Shown one piece after another: positions 17,242 through 26,611 of a stretch of DNA of 64,000 bases. Under the pieces are notes generated by a model. That model was given only the letters and a program-made list of their open reading frames with translations, was not told the origin of the DNA and ran no database searches. Origin of the DNA: Vulcanimicrobiota bacterium (GTDB lineage Bacteria; Vulcanimicrobiota; Vulcanimicrobiia; Vulcanimicrobiales; Vulcanimicrobiaceae); NCBI GenBank assembly GCA_019236975.1, contig JAFAHZ010000024.1:5096-69095 (forward strand), given 5' to 3'. The first letter of the stretch is position 1. Every line of letters begins with the position of its first letter. The position numbers and the translations under genes are program-made.

Positions 17242-18409
17242 ACAGCCCCACCGTATATCCGCCGATCGTTTCGAAATCGTCGCTGGGAATCTCCGTTCCG
17301 AGCTTTGCGTTCACGTCGTCGATGTTCGTGCCGGCTTCGACCACGGCTTCGGTGGGTGAGACGACGTGGATCGCCTCCTGCTCGTCGACGTCGTGCTCGT
17401 CGCGAATCTCTCCGACGATTTCTTCGAGCAAATCCTCCATGGTAACGACTCCCGCAGTGCCGCCGTACTCATCGACGACGATCGCCATCGAGAATTTGTC
17501 GCGCTGCATCTCGCGCAGCAGTTCGGCAATCTTCTTCGATTCCGGCACGTGCACGGCCGGACGCATGAGCGCCCGAACGCTCGTGTGGGCGATGGTACCG
17601 TTGGCCAGCGCGACGAGCAGCTCGCGGTCGTGGATCACGCCGGCGATATCGTCCTTCGATTCTTGATAGACCGGCAGTTTCGAGTAGCCTTCGGCGATGA
17701 CGACGTCGAGAACCCGGCGCGGTGAATCGTCGATCGAGACGGCGACCACTTCCGGCCGCGGCTTCATCACTTCGCGCACGATCGTGTCGCCGAACTCGAT
17801 GATCGAATGAATCATCTCGCGCTCGTCTTCTTCGATGACGCGCTGCTCGGCGCCGACGTTGATGACCGTGCGGATGTCTTCTTCCGTAATATAGATGTGC
17901 TGACCGTGCTTGATGCCCAGGGGCCGCAGCAGCAGCTCGGTCACGAACTGAAACGCGCGCGCGATCGGCGTCAGTACGACTGCGGCCGCCCGCATGCCGC
18001 CTCCCAAGCGAATTGCCCAGCGCTCGTTGTCGGCCGTCGCGATCGTCTTTGGAATGATTTCGCCGAAGAGCAGCATGACGACCGTCATCACCACCGTCGA
18101 AAAGACCGCGGCCAGAGGCAAGCCCAAGCTGATGGCAACGTACGTTGCCAGCGAATCCGAGGCGAGGAGCACGATCGTGTTGCCGACGAGAATCGACGTC
18201 AAGAAGCGGTTCTTGTCGTCCACCAGCTCGACGACGCGGTCGGCGCCCTTGACCTCACGTTCGGCGATGGCGCGGGCGCGAAGCCGGGAAATGGAGATCA
18301 GGGCCGCTTCGGAAGCCGCGAAGAAGGCCGCCAGGAGCACGAGCGCGGCCAGGACGGCGAACTGGAAGATCAGAGCTTCGGGGCTACTTCGGGCCGGGTC
18401 GGTATTCAA
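17072..18409 (-). CDS. CNNM/HlyC-CorC family transporter (DUF21 + CBS pair + CorC_HlyC)
   Basis: DUF21 TM region, CBS pair (TIVREVMKPRPEVVAVSID..., IAGVIHDRELL) and the CorC/HlyC C-domain (GGTAGVVTMEDLLEEIVGEIRDEHD...TIGGYTVGLFGRLPAEGEEI). Confidence 0.88.
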   Translation of the reverse strand: MNTDPARSSPEALIFQFAVLAALVLLAAFFAASEAALISISRLRARAIAEREVKGADRVVELVDDKNRFLTSILVGNTIVLLASDSLATYVAISLGLPLAAVFSTVVMTVVMLLFGEIIPKTIATADNERWAIRLGGGMRAAAVVLTPIARAFQFVTELLLRPLGIKHGQHIYITEEDIRTVINVGAEQRVIEEDEREMIHSIIEFGDTIVREVMKPRPEVVAVSIDDSPRRVLDVVIAEGYSKLPVYQESKDDIAGVIHDRELLVALANGTIAHTSVRALMRPAVHVPESKKIAELLREMQRDKFSMAIVVDEYGGTAGVVTMEDLLEEIVGEIRDEHDVDEQEAIHVVSPTEAVVEAGTNIDDVNAKLGTEIPSDDFETIGGYTVGLFGRLPAEGEEIEADEHTRLRVDRTRGRRILSVRIYTNGSPSQTSAEVEAHDATTRL

Positions 18410-18442
18410 GACGGCGCCTATTATAGCACGGCGGGGGAACGG

Positions 18443-19234
18443 TCAAAGCACCACGTGCGGCCGCACCAGGACGTAGATCGCCAGCGCCACGACCGTGCCC
18501 AGCACGCCGCCCCACAGGACCTCGAAGATGCTGTGGATCCGCGCCTCGACCCGGCTCTGAGCCACAAGGAAGGCTATCAGGTAGGCCAGGAGCCCCGGAA
18601 GCGGCTTCTGATAGAAGAACGCCACCATCGTGGCCGCCGCGAACGCGATGGCCGAGTGGCCCGAGACCGCGCCGCCTTGCAGGGGCGACCCTCGCCCGAC
18701 CCAGGCCTTGGCAAAAATGGTGACGATGGCAGCGACCGCCAGCACGATCAGCGCGGTGTTGGCCGGCACCGAGGCAACCGCATCGAACACCCGCGTGCCG
18801 CCGCCCACGATCCCCTGGTAGAAGATCAGATAGCCGGCCACCACCGCTCCGACCGCACCGATGAGTACGGCGCCTGCGGCTGCGTCCTTAGCCGTCTTCG
18901 CCAGCGGATGATGGGCAACGGTCAGCAGATCGACAATTGCCTCGACCGCAGTATTGATCAATTCCAGACTCAGCACGAGGGCGATGAGGATGACGATTGC
19001 GACGACGTAGAACCGGTCCAGCCGCAACACGAGCGTCGCCAGCAGCACGAGTGCAGCAATGACCAGGTGCAGGCGCATGTTCGGCTGGGTGCGCGTCGCG
19101 TATAAGATGCCTTCGAACGCGTGGTAGAACGAGCGGCCGAGTTTGCTCTCCGAAATAGGAACGTAATGCGGCCGTTCGGTCTTGCGCGGCTCCTCGGCCG
19201 GGTGCGGCGTCACGGCGCCGGCTCGTACGGCCAC
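18443..19234 (-). CDS. Fusion protein: DgkA-type lipid kinase domain plus PAP2-type phosphatase domain
   Basis: The N-terminal half reads SFYHAFEGILYATRTQPNMRLH...LSLELINTAVEAIVDLL...AKDAAAGAVL (prokaryotic diacylglycerol/undecaprenol kinase family). The C-terminal half reads AVSGHSAIAFAAA...LVAQSRVEARIHSIFEVLWGGVLG (PAP2 SGH and SRxxxxxH motifs). Confidence 0.7.
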   Translation of the reverse strand: MAVRAGAVTPHPAEEPRKTERPHYVPISESKLGRSFYHAFEGILYATRTQPNMRLHLVIAALVLLATLVLRLDRFYVVAIVILIALVLSLELINTAVEAIVDLLTVAHHPLAKTAKDAAAGAVLIGAVGAVVAGYLIFYQGIVGGGTRVFDAVASVPANTALIVLAVAAIVTIFAKAWVGRGSPLQGGAVSGHSAIAFAAATMVAFFYQKPLPGLLAYLIAFLVAQSRVEARIHSIFEVLWGGVLGTVVALAIYVLVRPHVVL

Positions 19235-19668
19235 GGGAGATCGATCGCCCCGGCGAGTCGCCGCTCCTCGGCGACCATGGCGTTCCGTTCGTCCGCCCGT
19301 TCGTGATCGTGACCGAGCACGTGAAGGATGCCGTGAATCAACAGACGGTAGAGCTCGTCCTGCAGCGTTGCGTCGTACTCTGCCGCTTGCCGTTTCGCCG
19401 TGTCGACCGATATGACGACGTCACCCAGCAACCGTTCACCTTTGTGAGGTATGCCGTTGCCTTCGACGAGCGAAAAGCTCAGGACGTCGGTCGCCTTGTC
19501 TTTGCCGCGATGTTCGCGATTGAGCGCTCGGATCGCCGCGTCGTCGACGAGCGTCAACGAGAGCGACGAGCGTCGCTCGCCCGCCGCCGCGAGCAGCCGC
19601 TTCGCCGTGGCAACGAGCGCTCGTCCGTCGACGCCGCTGCGGCGCACGTCGTTACGATAGTGAATCAT
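19210..19668 (-). CDS. ybeY: rRNA maturation RNase YbeY
   Basis: Zinc motif HGILHVLGHDHE. Located in the conserved phoH-ybeY-dgkA context. Confidence 0.92.
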   Translation of the reverse strand: MIHYRNDVRRSGVDGRALVATAKRLLAAAGERRSSLSLTLVDDAAIRALNREHRGKDKATDVLSFSLVEGNGIPHKGERLLGDVVISVDTAKRQAAEYDATLQDELYRLLIHGILHVLGHDHERADERNAMVAEERRLAGAIDLPWPYEPAP

Positions 19669-20612
19669 CGCGCGCCGGCGTCGTACGCCCGGATGATCTT
19701 GGCGACGAGCGGGTGACGCACGACGTCGGTATCCGTCAGTTCGATCGCCCCGACGTCGTCGATCGCAGCGAGGCGGCGCGCCGCGTCGCGCAGTCCGCTG
19801 CGCTCGCCCGACGGCAAATCGATCTGCGTCGCGTCGCCGACGACGACCATCTTGGATGCCGAGCCGAGACGCGTGAGAAACATCTTGATCTGATCGCCGG
19901 TTGCGTTCTGCGCTTCGTCTAAAATCACAAACGCGTCCGAAAGCGTTCGCCCGCGCATGTAGGCCAGCGGAGCGACTTCGAGCGTTCCGCGGTCGATATG
20001 TTTGTTGACGACGGCCGGCCCGATGAGATCGTTGAGCGCGTCGAAGAGGGGACGCATGTAGGGATCGACCTTTTCGCGCAAATCGCCGGGAAGGAATCCG
20101 AGCTTTTCACCGGCCTCGACCGCAGGACGCGAGAGCACCACCCGGGCGACCTCCCGGTTGCGCAGCGCTCGTACCGCCATAACGATCGCAAGAAACGTCT
20201 TCCCGGTGCCTGCGGGTCCGATGCCGATCGTCAACGTTTTCGATTCTATCGATTCGACGAAGGCGCGCTGACCGGAAGTACGCGGACGAACCGCGCGACC
20301 GCGCTGCGTCTGCAACAGCGTCTCGGGCAACGCGCGGCCGCCCGAACCCTCGCGAACGTCGGAGAACGCCAGCGCCACGTCGTCGGTCGTGACGTACGCT
20401 CCGCCGACGGCCGCGTCGAGCATACGCCGCACGACGTGTTCGGCGCGTTCGACGTCGTCCGGGCTGCCGCTAACCAGCAGGCGGTCGCCGTCCGCTTGCA
20501 CCGAAACGTCCAAGGCCGATTCTATCGCCGATAGGTTGCGGTCGTACTCACCGAAGAGGCGGACGCGGTCCGGAAGATCTTGCAGCCCGATCGAGCGCTG
20601 TACGGAATTCAA
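19665..20612 (-). CDS. phoH: PhoH-family ATPase
   Basis: Walker A GPAGTGKTFLAI and VILDEAQN. The TTG at 20612 lies just after the upstream stop and gives a typical length of about 315 aa. The track start at 20711 would overlap the upstream gene by 89 nt. Confidence 0.88.
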   Translation of the reverse strand: MNSVQRSIGLQDLPDRVRLFGEYDRNLSAIESALDVSVQADGDRLLVSGSPDDVERAEHVVRRMLDAAVGGAYVTTDDVALAFSDVREGSGGRALPETLLQTQRGRAVRPRTSGQRAFVESIESKTLTIGIGPAGTGKTFLAIVMAVRALRNREVARVVLSRPAVEAGEKLGFLPGDLREKVDPYMRPLFDALNDLIGPAVVNKHIDRGTLEVAPLAYMRGRTLSDAFVILDEAQNATGDQIKMFLTRLGSASKMVVVGDATQIDLPSGERSGLRDAARRLAAIDDVGAIELTDTDVVRHPLVAKIIRAYDAGAR

Positions 20613-20622
20613 GCTGCGCGAA

Positions 20623-21051
20623 TTATTCGTCGCGCAGGGCGATAGGCTTTCCGAGTACCTCGGCGGCGACGATCGCTCGTACGAGGGAGTCACGCGTACC
20701 GAACGCGGCAATGCCGCGTACGCCGGACGGACGCGGCGCGACGGCGCGCGGCATCGGCGGTGGAGGTGCGATTGGCACCGGAACCGGTTTGGGCGGCGGA
20801 GGCGGCGGAGGCGGCGCCGCCGGTCGTGCGACGGCTTGCGACTGCTGCTCGAACTGCGCCAGCAACGCCTGCAGTTGAGGAGGCATCTGCGCCGGTGGAA
20901 CGTTGCTAGTAACCCGCACGGGAGGCGCGGTGCGAACCGGTGGGGTTACCGTGCGAGCGGGCGCCCGAGCTTTCTTCGCACTCTGAACGATGCTCGAGAT
21001 CACGCCGATAACGACGAGAATGCCCCAGATGAGCGCTCCGACGTCGCGCAC
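20623..21051 (-). CDS. Membrane-anchored proline-rich protein (hypothetical)
   Basis: N-terminal TM helix (ALIWGILVVIGVISSIV), then Pro-rich linkers (PPPPPPPPKPVPVPIAPPPP) and a short conserved-looking C-terminus. It lies between floA and phoH. Confidence 0.5.
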   Translation of the reverse strand: MRDVGALIWGILVVIGVISSIVQSAKKARAPARTVTPPVRTAPPVRVTSNVPPAQMPPQLQALLAQFEQQSQAVARPAAPPPPPPPPKPVPVPIAPPPPMPRAVAPRPSGVRGIAAFGTRDSLVRAIVAAEVLGKPIALRDE

Positions 21052-21057
21052 GTGCGT

Positions 21058-22068
21058 TTACTTCGGGGCCGCAGGCGGCGGAGGTTGTGGCGCTTCGCCG
21101 CCTCCGCCCTCCACCGTGCCGCCGATCGACGAGCGCATCTCGGTATCGGCTTGAATGTTCTTCATCCGGTAGTAATCCATCACGCCCAGGCGCCCGCTGC
21201 GAAACGCTTCCGCCATCGCCTGCGGAATCTGCGCTTCGGCCTCGACGACTTTTGCTCGCATCGCTTGCGTCTCCGCCTTCTGCTCCTGTTCGGCGGCCAT
21301 TGCCGCGTACTGGCGTTCCGCAGCTTTCGCTTGCGCGATTCGGCGATCGGCCTCGGCCTGACTCGTTTGCAGTTCGGCGCCGATATTTTTTCCGACGTCC
21401 ACGTCGGCGATATCGATGGAAACGATTTCGAATGCCGTTCCCGCATCGAGGCCCTTCGCGAGCACTGCCTTGCTGATGCGATCCGGGAACTCCAGCACTT
21501 CCTTGTGATCGACGGCGGCACCGACGGCGGAGACGACGCCTTCGCCGACGCGCGCGACGATGGTGGGTTCGCTCGCACCGCCGACGTACCGGTCGAGATT
21601 GGTGCGCACCGTGATTCGCGCTTTGACGTTGAGCTGGATGCCGTTCTGGGCGACGCCCTGAAAGATCGGGGTCTCGATAACCTTGGGATTGACCGACGTC
21701 TGCACCGCTTCCAGCACGTCGCGGCCGGCAAGGTCGATCGCCGCGGCGCGCTGCCACTCCAGCGGAATCTGCGCGCGCTGCGCGGCGATCATCGCAAGCG
21801 TGACTTTGTCGACGTTACCGCCGGCTAGAAAATGCGATTGCATCTGATCGACCGTAAGATCGAGGCCGGCCTTGCGAGCGCGCACGTAGTTGGCGACGAT
21901 AACGCCCGGCGGGATCCCGATGAGGCGCATGCGCACCAGCGCGATGATACCCAGCGGAACGCCGGCCGCGATCGTCCGGATCCACAACCCGATCGGGAAG
22001 TAGTACAGGAAAACGAAAAACGCGATAACGAGGACGAAAAACAGAATAGCTGCACTGGCTGCAATCAC
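21058..22068 (-). CDS. floA: Flotillin-like protein FloA (UPF0365/YqfA)
   Basis: Near-colinear similarity to B. subtilis FloA as I remember it: [78 protein letters not shown]. Confidence 0.93.
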   Translation of the reverse strand: MIAASAAILFFVLVIAFFVFLYYFPIGLWIRTIAAGVPLGIIALVRMRLIGIPPGVIVANYVRARKAGLDLTVDQMQSHFLAGGNVDKVTLAMIAAQRAQIPLEWQRAAAIDLAGRDVLEAVQTSVNPKVIETPIFQGVAQNGIQLNVKARITVRTNLDRYVGGASEPTIVARVGEGVVSAVGAAVDHKEVLEFPDRISKAVLAKGLDAGTAFEIVSIDIADVDVGKNIGAELQTSQAEADRRIAQAKAAERQYAAMAAEQEQKAETQAMRAKVVEAEAQIPQAMAEAFRSGRLGVMDYYRMKNIQADTEMRSSIGGTVEGGGGEAPQPPPPAAPK

Positions 22069-23363
22069 CGGTCGACCTCCACAAAAACGCGCGCGCCTTC
22101 AACGCGCGCGACGCGAATCGGAGTTCCCTGCGGGATGAACTCGCCCTGCGTGAGCACGTCCACGCGCCGCCCGTCGATCTCCGCAATGCCCGCCGGACGC
22201 AAGTACGATACCGCCGTTCCGGCCCGGCCGCGCAGTCCGCTGAAGTCGGCGCTCGTGACGTAATCGGGGCCTTGTACGGCCGACAGCGCCAACCGCTGCG
22301 CCCAAGCGTTTTGCGGCACGGCGCGCACCACGAGCGAGAACGCAATCGCCGTTAGCACGATCGCCGTTGCGAGCGTTTCGACGGCTACGACGAAAAACTG
22401 CAGTCCGAACGCGAAGAGAACGGCAAACAGCAGGCAAACCGCGCCGACGATTCCCGGCAAGCCGTGACCGGGCACGACGTGCAGCTCCCACAAAATCCCC
22501 AGAATTCCGACGACCGCGAGCACGATGACGAGGCCGTTGGAAAACCCCGCGTAAACGTGCGCGCCGAAAAAAAGCGCCAGCGACCCGATACCGACGGCGC
22601 CCGCGATTCCATGCATCGTCTGCATCTCGATCAACAGACCGAGCATGCCGAGCGACAGCAGGAGGCCGCTCACGACCGGATCGGTCGCGAACCGTGCGAT
22701 CAGTTCCGCCCACGTATATCCCGCCGTTTGCTGCGGTGCGTTTGCAAGCCCTTGGGCGGCCAGCGCGGCGTCCAGCGACGGCGCCACCGCATCGGCGATG
22801 TGGGATTGCACCGCGTCCTGCGTGTTAAGGGTAAGGAACGTCCCGCTCGGCTTGTATTCCGGCACGTCGACCGAACGATCGACCATCGCGGCCGCGAGCT
22901 TGACGTTGCGGTGATTCCGCTGTGCCGTCGACTCGAACTCCGCGCGCAGCGCGGACACCGTTTCACGCGTATCCGGATGCGGCTCGGCGGACCCAATGGA
23001 CGCACCGGGAGCCATAAGGATGCGGTTGGACGACAGCGAGATCAATGCGGCCGACGAAAACGCGCGGTGCGATACGTACGCGATGACGGGTTCGCGCGCC
23101 GAGAAGAGCGCGTCTTTGATCTGCAGCGCGGCCTGCACCAGACCGCCCAAACTATTGACATCGAGAACGACGGCGGCGGCGTGCTCGTCGTTGGCGAGCG
23201 CGACGGAACGTTCGACCATGTGCGCCATGCCCAAATCGACCGTTCCGTGAATGGGGATGACGACCACCGGGGCCCCGGGCGGGCTCGCCGCGGCGGCTAA
23301 ACCGCCGAAACCGCCGGCTATGCACGCCGACGCGATCCAAACTCTTAACCGCCGAGTGCTCAT
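22065..23363 (-). CDS. NfeD-family membrane-bound ClpP-class serine protease (YqeZ-like)
   Basis: Signal/TM segment, ClpP-like domain ([23 protein letters not shown]...[10 protein letters not shown]), multi-TM region and a C-terminal OB-fold NfeD domain ([33 protein letters not shown]). It overlaps floA by 4 nt, the classic nfeD-flotillin pairing. Confidence 0.85.
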   Translation of the reverse strand: MSTRRLRVWIASACIAGGFGGLAAAASPPGAPVVVIPIHGTVDLGMAHMVERSVALANDEHAAAVVLDVNSLGGLVQAALQIKDALFSAREPVIAYVSHRAFSSAALISLSSNRILMAPGASIGSAEPHPDTRETVSALRAEFESTAQRNHRNVKLAAAMVDRSVDVPEYKPSGTFLTLNTQDAVQSHIADAVAPSLDAALAAQGLANAPQQTAGYTWAELIARFATDPVVSGLLLSLGMLGLLIEMQTMHGIAGAVGIGSLALFFGAHVYAGFSNGLVIVLAVVGILGILWELHVVPGHGLPGIVGAVCLLFAVLFAFGLQFFVVAVETLATAIVLTAIAFSLVVRAVPQNAWAQRLALSAVQGPDYVTSADFSGLRGRAGTAVSYLRPAGIAEIDGRRVDVLTQGEFIPQGTPIRVARVEGARVFVEVDR

Positions 23364-23407
23364 GGCTCAAACTACTCCGCCCGCCGGCGGAAAGTTACCC
23401 GGCCGGG

Positions 23408-23857
23408 TTACCGGCCGCCCAGTTCCTGCTCGACGACCTTCCGAACGAGGTTCCCGTCGGCTAACCCCTTGAGCTGCGGCATAACGACTTTCATGACCGC
23501 GCCTTGATTGCGCGCGTCGGAGGGAAGCTCGGCAAGGACGCTTTGGACGATTTCGCGGACTTCAATTTCGGATTTTTGCTGCGGCAGATAGGCGAGGAGA
23601 ATCTCGCGCTCGGCCCGCTCCTTAGCGGCAAGTTCCGCGCGGCCGGCCTTCTCGAACTCCGCGAGCGAATCGCCGCGCTGCTTCACCAAGCGGCGAACGA
23701 CCTCCAGCTCGTCGTTTTCGGTAAGATCCTGGCCGGTTTCGGAGCGCTTGTACGTAAACCCGGAAAGCGCCGACCGCAGCGTATCGAGACGCATTTGGTC
23801 GCGCGCCTTCATCGCCTCCTTGAGATCGGAGGCGATGCGGTCTTTCAACGAAGCCAT
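23408..23857 (-). CDS. GatB/YqeY domain-containing protein
   Basis: Reads MASLKDRIASDLKEAMKARDQMRLDTLRSALSGF...MKVVMPQLKGLADGNLV. It sits directly downstream of rpsU, as in many Firmicutes. Confidence 0.82.
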   Translation of the reverse strand: MASLKDRIASDLKEAMKARDQMRLDTLRSALSGFTYKRSETGQDLTENDELEVVRRLVKQRGDSLAEFEKAGRAELAAKERAEREILLAYLPQQKSEIEVREIVQSVLAELPSDARNQGAVMKVVMPQLKGLADGNLVRKVVEQELGGR

Positions 23858-23860
23858 GCC

Positions 23861-24031
23861 TTAACTGCGGCGCTTGCGAGCGGCTGCCGACTTCTTCTTC
23901 CGGCGGACGCTGGGCTTTTCGTAATGCTCGTGCTTGCGCGCTTCGGCGAGTATCCCCGCCTTCTGGGTGGCCTTCTTGAAGCGGCGCAGCGCGCTCTCGA
24001 TCGATTCTCCCGGAGCAACGCGGACTTCCAT
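23861..24031 (-). CDS. rpsU: 30S ribosomal protein S21
   Basis: Absent from the ORF track (56 aa). My own translation is [56 protein letters not shown], followed by a stop. Confidence 0.88.
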   Translation of the reverse strand: MEVRVAPGESIESALRRFKKATQKAGILAEARKHEHYEKPSVRRKKKSAAARKRRS

Positions 24032-24125
24032 GCTTTGAACGACCCCCTTCCGTAACGTGCGCTGGGCACGAAAAATGAGGCCCTAAGGGCCTGAGCCCAT
24101 ACGTTAGCACAGGCCCGCGGGCCCG

Positions 24126-24656
24126 TCAACGATAGAAGAGTAGTCCTCCCTCTGCAACGACTCCGCCGGTCGGCACGTGGCCGGACGTCTTCTCTCCCAT
24201 CACGTGGACGACGGGAAGCCCGGACAACAGCAGTGCGGCGTCGGCAATCAGGCGCCGGTGACATTTCCACCAAGGCGTCTCCGCGCACATCACGGCGGTC
24301 CGTACCCGCCTCACCTCGTCGACGAGCTCGCCGAACGTCGCGCGAAACGCGTCGCCCTGCATCCAGTCGGCGTAACCGCGAAAGCCGGCGTTGCGCAATC
24401 CGGTATTCGGTGAATCCTTGCGCGCGGGGCGCCGGCCGCCTAAATCCGCGGCGTGGCGATACGCAACGCCGGCATTCCCTAATTCGTTCGCGAGCGCGGC
24501 GGAAGCGAAGTGCGGATGCCGGCGGCTCGCCGGAAAGCGGCGCACGTCGACGATCGCCTCGATTCCGGCGTCGCGAACGTATGCGAGAAAATCGTCGAGA
24601 GCGGCCGCGCCGTGACCGATGGTGTAAAGCGCGCGATCGTTTAACCCGGCGGCCAC
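24126..24656 (-). CDS. DUF488-family protein
   Basis: From the GTG at 24656 (which overlaps the HIT gene end) the sequence reads (M)AAGLNDRALYTIGHG...VDVRRFPASRRHPHF...YADWMQGDAF...AVMCAETPWWKCHRRLIAD, the typical DUF488 pattern. The longer track ORF has an Arg-rich N-terminus. Confidence 0.72.
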   Translation of the reverse strand: MAAGLNDRALYTIGHGAAALDDFLAYVRDAGIEAIVDVRRFPASRRHPHFASAALANELGNAGVAYRHAADLGGRRPARKDSPNTGLRNAGFRGYADWMQGDAFRATFGELVDEVRRVRTAVMCAETPWWKCHRRLIADAALLLSGLPVVHVMGEKTSGHVPTGGVVAEGGLLFYR

Positions 24657-24988
24657 GTCATCGGGCGCCCCGCGAGTACGTGCACGTGCAGGTGATTGAC
24701 GGTCTGTCCGCCGTTGGATCCCGTGTTGATCACCAGACGGAATCCGTTTTCGCCGCCGCGTTCGCGCCCCAAACGGCTTGCGACCTCGAAGAGTTTTCCG
24801 GTCGTCGCGCCATCGCCGGCTTCGACGAGCGTTGCGATGTTGTCGTGGTGCTGCAACGGAAGAACCAGCGCGTGACACGGCGCTTGCGGATTGACGTCTT
24901 CGATCGCCAGGACGTCTTCGTCCCGGTACAGCTCCTTGGCGGGAATCTGGCCGCCGGCAATGCGGCAGAAGATACAGTCCTGGTTCAT
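24641..24988 (-). CDS. HIT-family (histidine triad) nucleotide-binding protein
   Basis: Reads MNQDCIFCRIAGGQIP...VLAIEDVNPQAPCHALVLP...GGQTVNHLHVHVLAG (HxHxHxx motif). Confidence 0.88.
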   Translation of the reverse strand: MNQDCIFCRIAGGQIPAKELYRDEDVLAIEDVNPQAPCHALVLPLQHHDNIATLVEAGDGATTGKLFEVASRLGRERGGENGFRLVINTGSNGGQTVNHLHVHVLAGRPMTWPPG

Positions 24989-24992
24989 ATCG

Positions 24993-26594
24993 TCATCCGG
25001 TGGGCCGCAGATACTCGAAGTTAATGCTGGTATCGGCGCTCGGTACGAATCCTGCGATCGACGTCCGCGCCGCAATCGGAACGGTCACGTGGACGATCGG
25101 AATCGACGGGACTCGGTCGTGGATCAACGCGTTGGCGCGCTCGTAGATTGCAGCGCGCTCGGCGGGGTCGCTCGTCGCTTGCCCTTCCAGCATCAACTGG
25201 TGATAGGCGTCGTCGCGCCAAAAGCTGTAGTTGAGCGCGTTCGGCCGCCGCGCGGAGTCTTTGTCGAGCAGCGAGTACATGAAGTTATCCGGATCGCCGT
25301 TGTCGCCGCTCCAGCCGGCCAAAACCATTTCGTGCTCGCCGTCGTGCGCTCTGTCCAGAAACACGCTCCAATCTAGCGGCTGCAGCTTCACGTCGATACC
25401 TACCGCTCGCAGCTGGCGCGCGATCGCACTGGCCACGCCTTGCGGATCGGGCATGTACGGCCGGGGAATGTTTGCGTAGGTGAGCTGCGTGTGAAAACCG
25501 TGTCGAAACCCGGCTTCCGTCAGCAGGCTGCGCGCTTCGCGGTCGTCGAGCGGATACGCCTTGACGCTGGGATTATCGCCGGACATCCCCGGCGGCGTCC
25601 AGCAGTTCGCGACGCGGGCACCGGTCGGGAAATAGGTTTTGACGATGCCTCGCACGTCGAGCGCGTAAGCGATCGCCTCGCGCACGTCGAGTTTGTCGAA
25701 CGGATGCCGGTCCATGTTCATCCCGAGGTACGCGTTGTTATTGGCCGGCTGATAGTACACGGTGATTCCGGGCGTGCGCGCGAGCAACGAGGCCGCTTCG
25801 GGCCCGGGATCGGTCAGTACGTCAACCGTGCCGTCCTTCATCGCTTCGACGCTTGCCGCCACGTCGGGAATGTCCCGCACGACCACCGTTTGATACGTTG
25901 GTTGCGTGGGATACGACGGGTTTGCGCGCAGCACGATGTGACTGCCCTTTACCCACTCCGACAGCACGTAGGGGCCCCAACCGACCGGATGCTCTGCGAA
26001 TCCCGCGAGGTCGCCGCGAATCGCCGTCGGCGAGCCGATACCGAAGGTGGGCATTGCGAGGTCGTGCAAAAATGGCGCGAACGGGCGCTGCAGCGTAAAG
26101 GCGACTCGATCGGGTGCGACGGCTTGCACGTCTTCGATCAATCCGGGGAAACCGCCGAACATGTCGCTGTAATAAGGATAGCGGAAGCTCCCGTGATACG
26201 GATTGCTGACGAGCCGCCACCGGTCGAAATTGAATTTTACCGCCGCGGCATCGACGGGCGTCCCGTCCGAAAATTTCAAACCCTTCTTGAGAACGAACGT
26301 CCAGCGCAGACCGCCGTCGCTCACGTTCCAGGACTGCGCGATCGCGGGGTCGATTTCAAAGGTTCCCGGTCGAAACTGCACCAAGCCCTTCACGATCTCT
26401 CGCGAGACGTTGAGCGACATGCCGTCGCTGGCCTGAGCGGGATCGAGCGTCACGGCGTCTTTCACTCGCGCGACGATCAACACCGGGCCCGAGCTGCCGT
26501 CGAGCGGCCGAACCGGCGCCGTTCCGCCGCACCCCGCGAGTAGTAGCCCTACTGCCACGAGCAACGCTCGTGCGCCCAAACTCTGCGTTCGCAC
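24993..26594 (-). CDS. ABC transporter substrate-binding lipoprotein, family 5 (peptide/nickel, DppA/OppA-like); no cognate permease or ATPase genes nearby
   Basis: The GTG at 26594 is preceded by GGAGGA. Lipobox LLLAGC|GG. SBP_bac_5-type motifs are present (ARVKDAVTLDPAQASDGMS..., GWGPYVLSEWVKGSHIVLRANPSY, NNAYLGMNMDRHPFDKLDVREAIAYALD). Confidence 0.82.
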   Translation of the reverse strand: MRTQSLGARALLVAVGLLLAGCGGTAPVRPLDGSSGPVLIVARVKDAVTLDPAQASDGMSLNVSREIVKGLVQFRPGTFEIDPAIAQSWNVSDGGLRWTFVLKKGLKFSDGTPVDAAAVKFNFDRWRLVSNPYHGSFRYPYYSDMFGGFPGLIEDVQAVAPDRVAFTLQRPFAPFLHDLAMPTFGIGSPTAIRGDLAGFAEHPVGWGPYVLSEWVKGSHIVLRANPSYPTQPTYQTVVVRDIPDVAASVEAMKDGTVDVLTDPGPEAASLLARTPGITVYYQPANNNAYLGMNMDRHPFDKLDVREAIAYALDVRGIVKTYFPTGARVANCWTPPGMSGDNPSVKAYPLDDREARSLLTEAGFRHGFHTQLTYANIPRPYMPDPQGVASAIARQLRAVGIDVKLQPLDWSVFLDRAHDGEHEMVLAGWSGDNGDPDNFMYSLLDKDSARRPNALNYSFWRDDAYHQLMLEGQATSDPAERAAIYERANALIHDRVPSIPIVHVTVPIAARTSIAGFVPSADTSINFEYLRPTG

Positions 26595-26611
26595 CGCCGT
26601 TCCTCCGCTTT

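Noticed and set aside
17807-21828. 432-aa (17807-19105) and 479-aa (20389-21828) plus-strand ORFs
   Set aside because: They are antisense to the CNNM, dgkA, phoH and floA genes, and their Arg/His/Asp-rich composition has no domain signature.
23622-24110. 162-aa minus-strand ORF
   Set aside because: It is out of frame with both yqeY and the clearly recognisable rpsU that occupy the same DNA.
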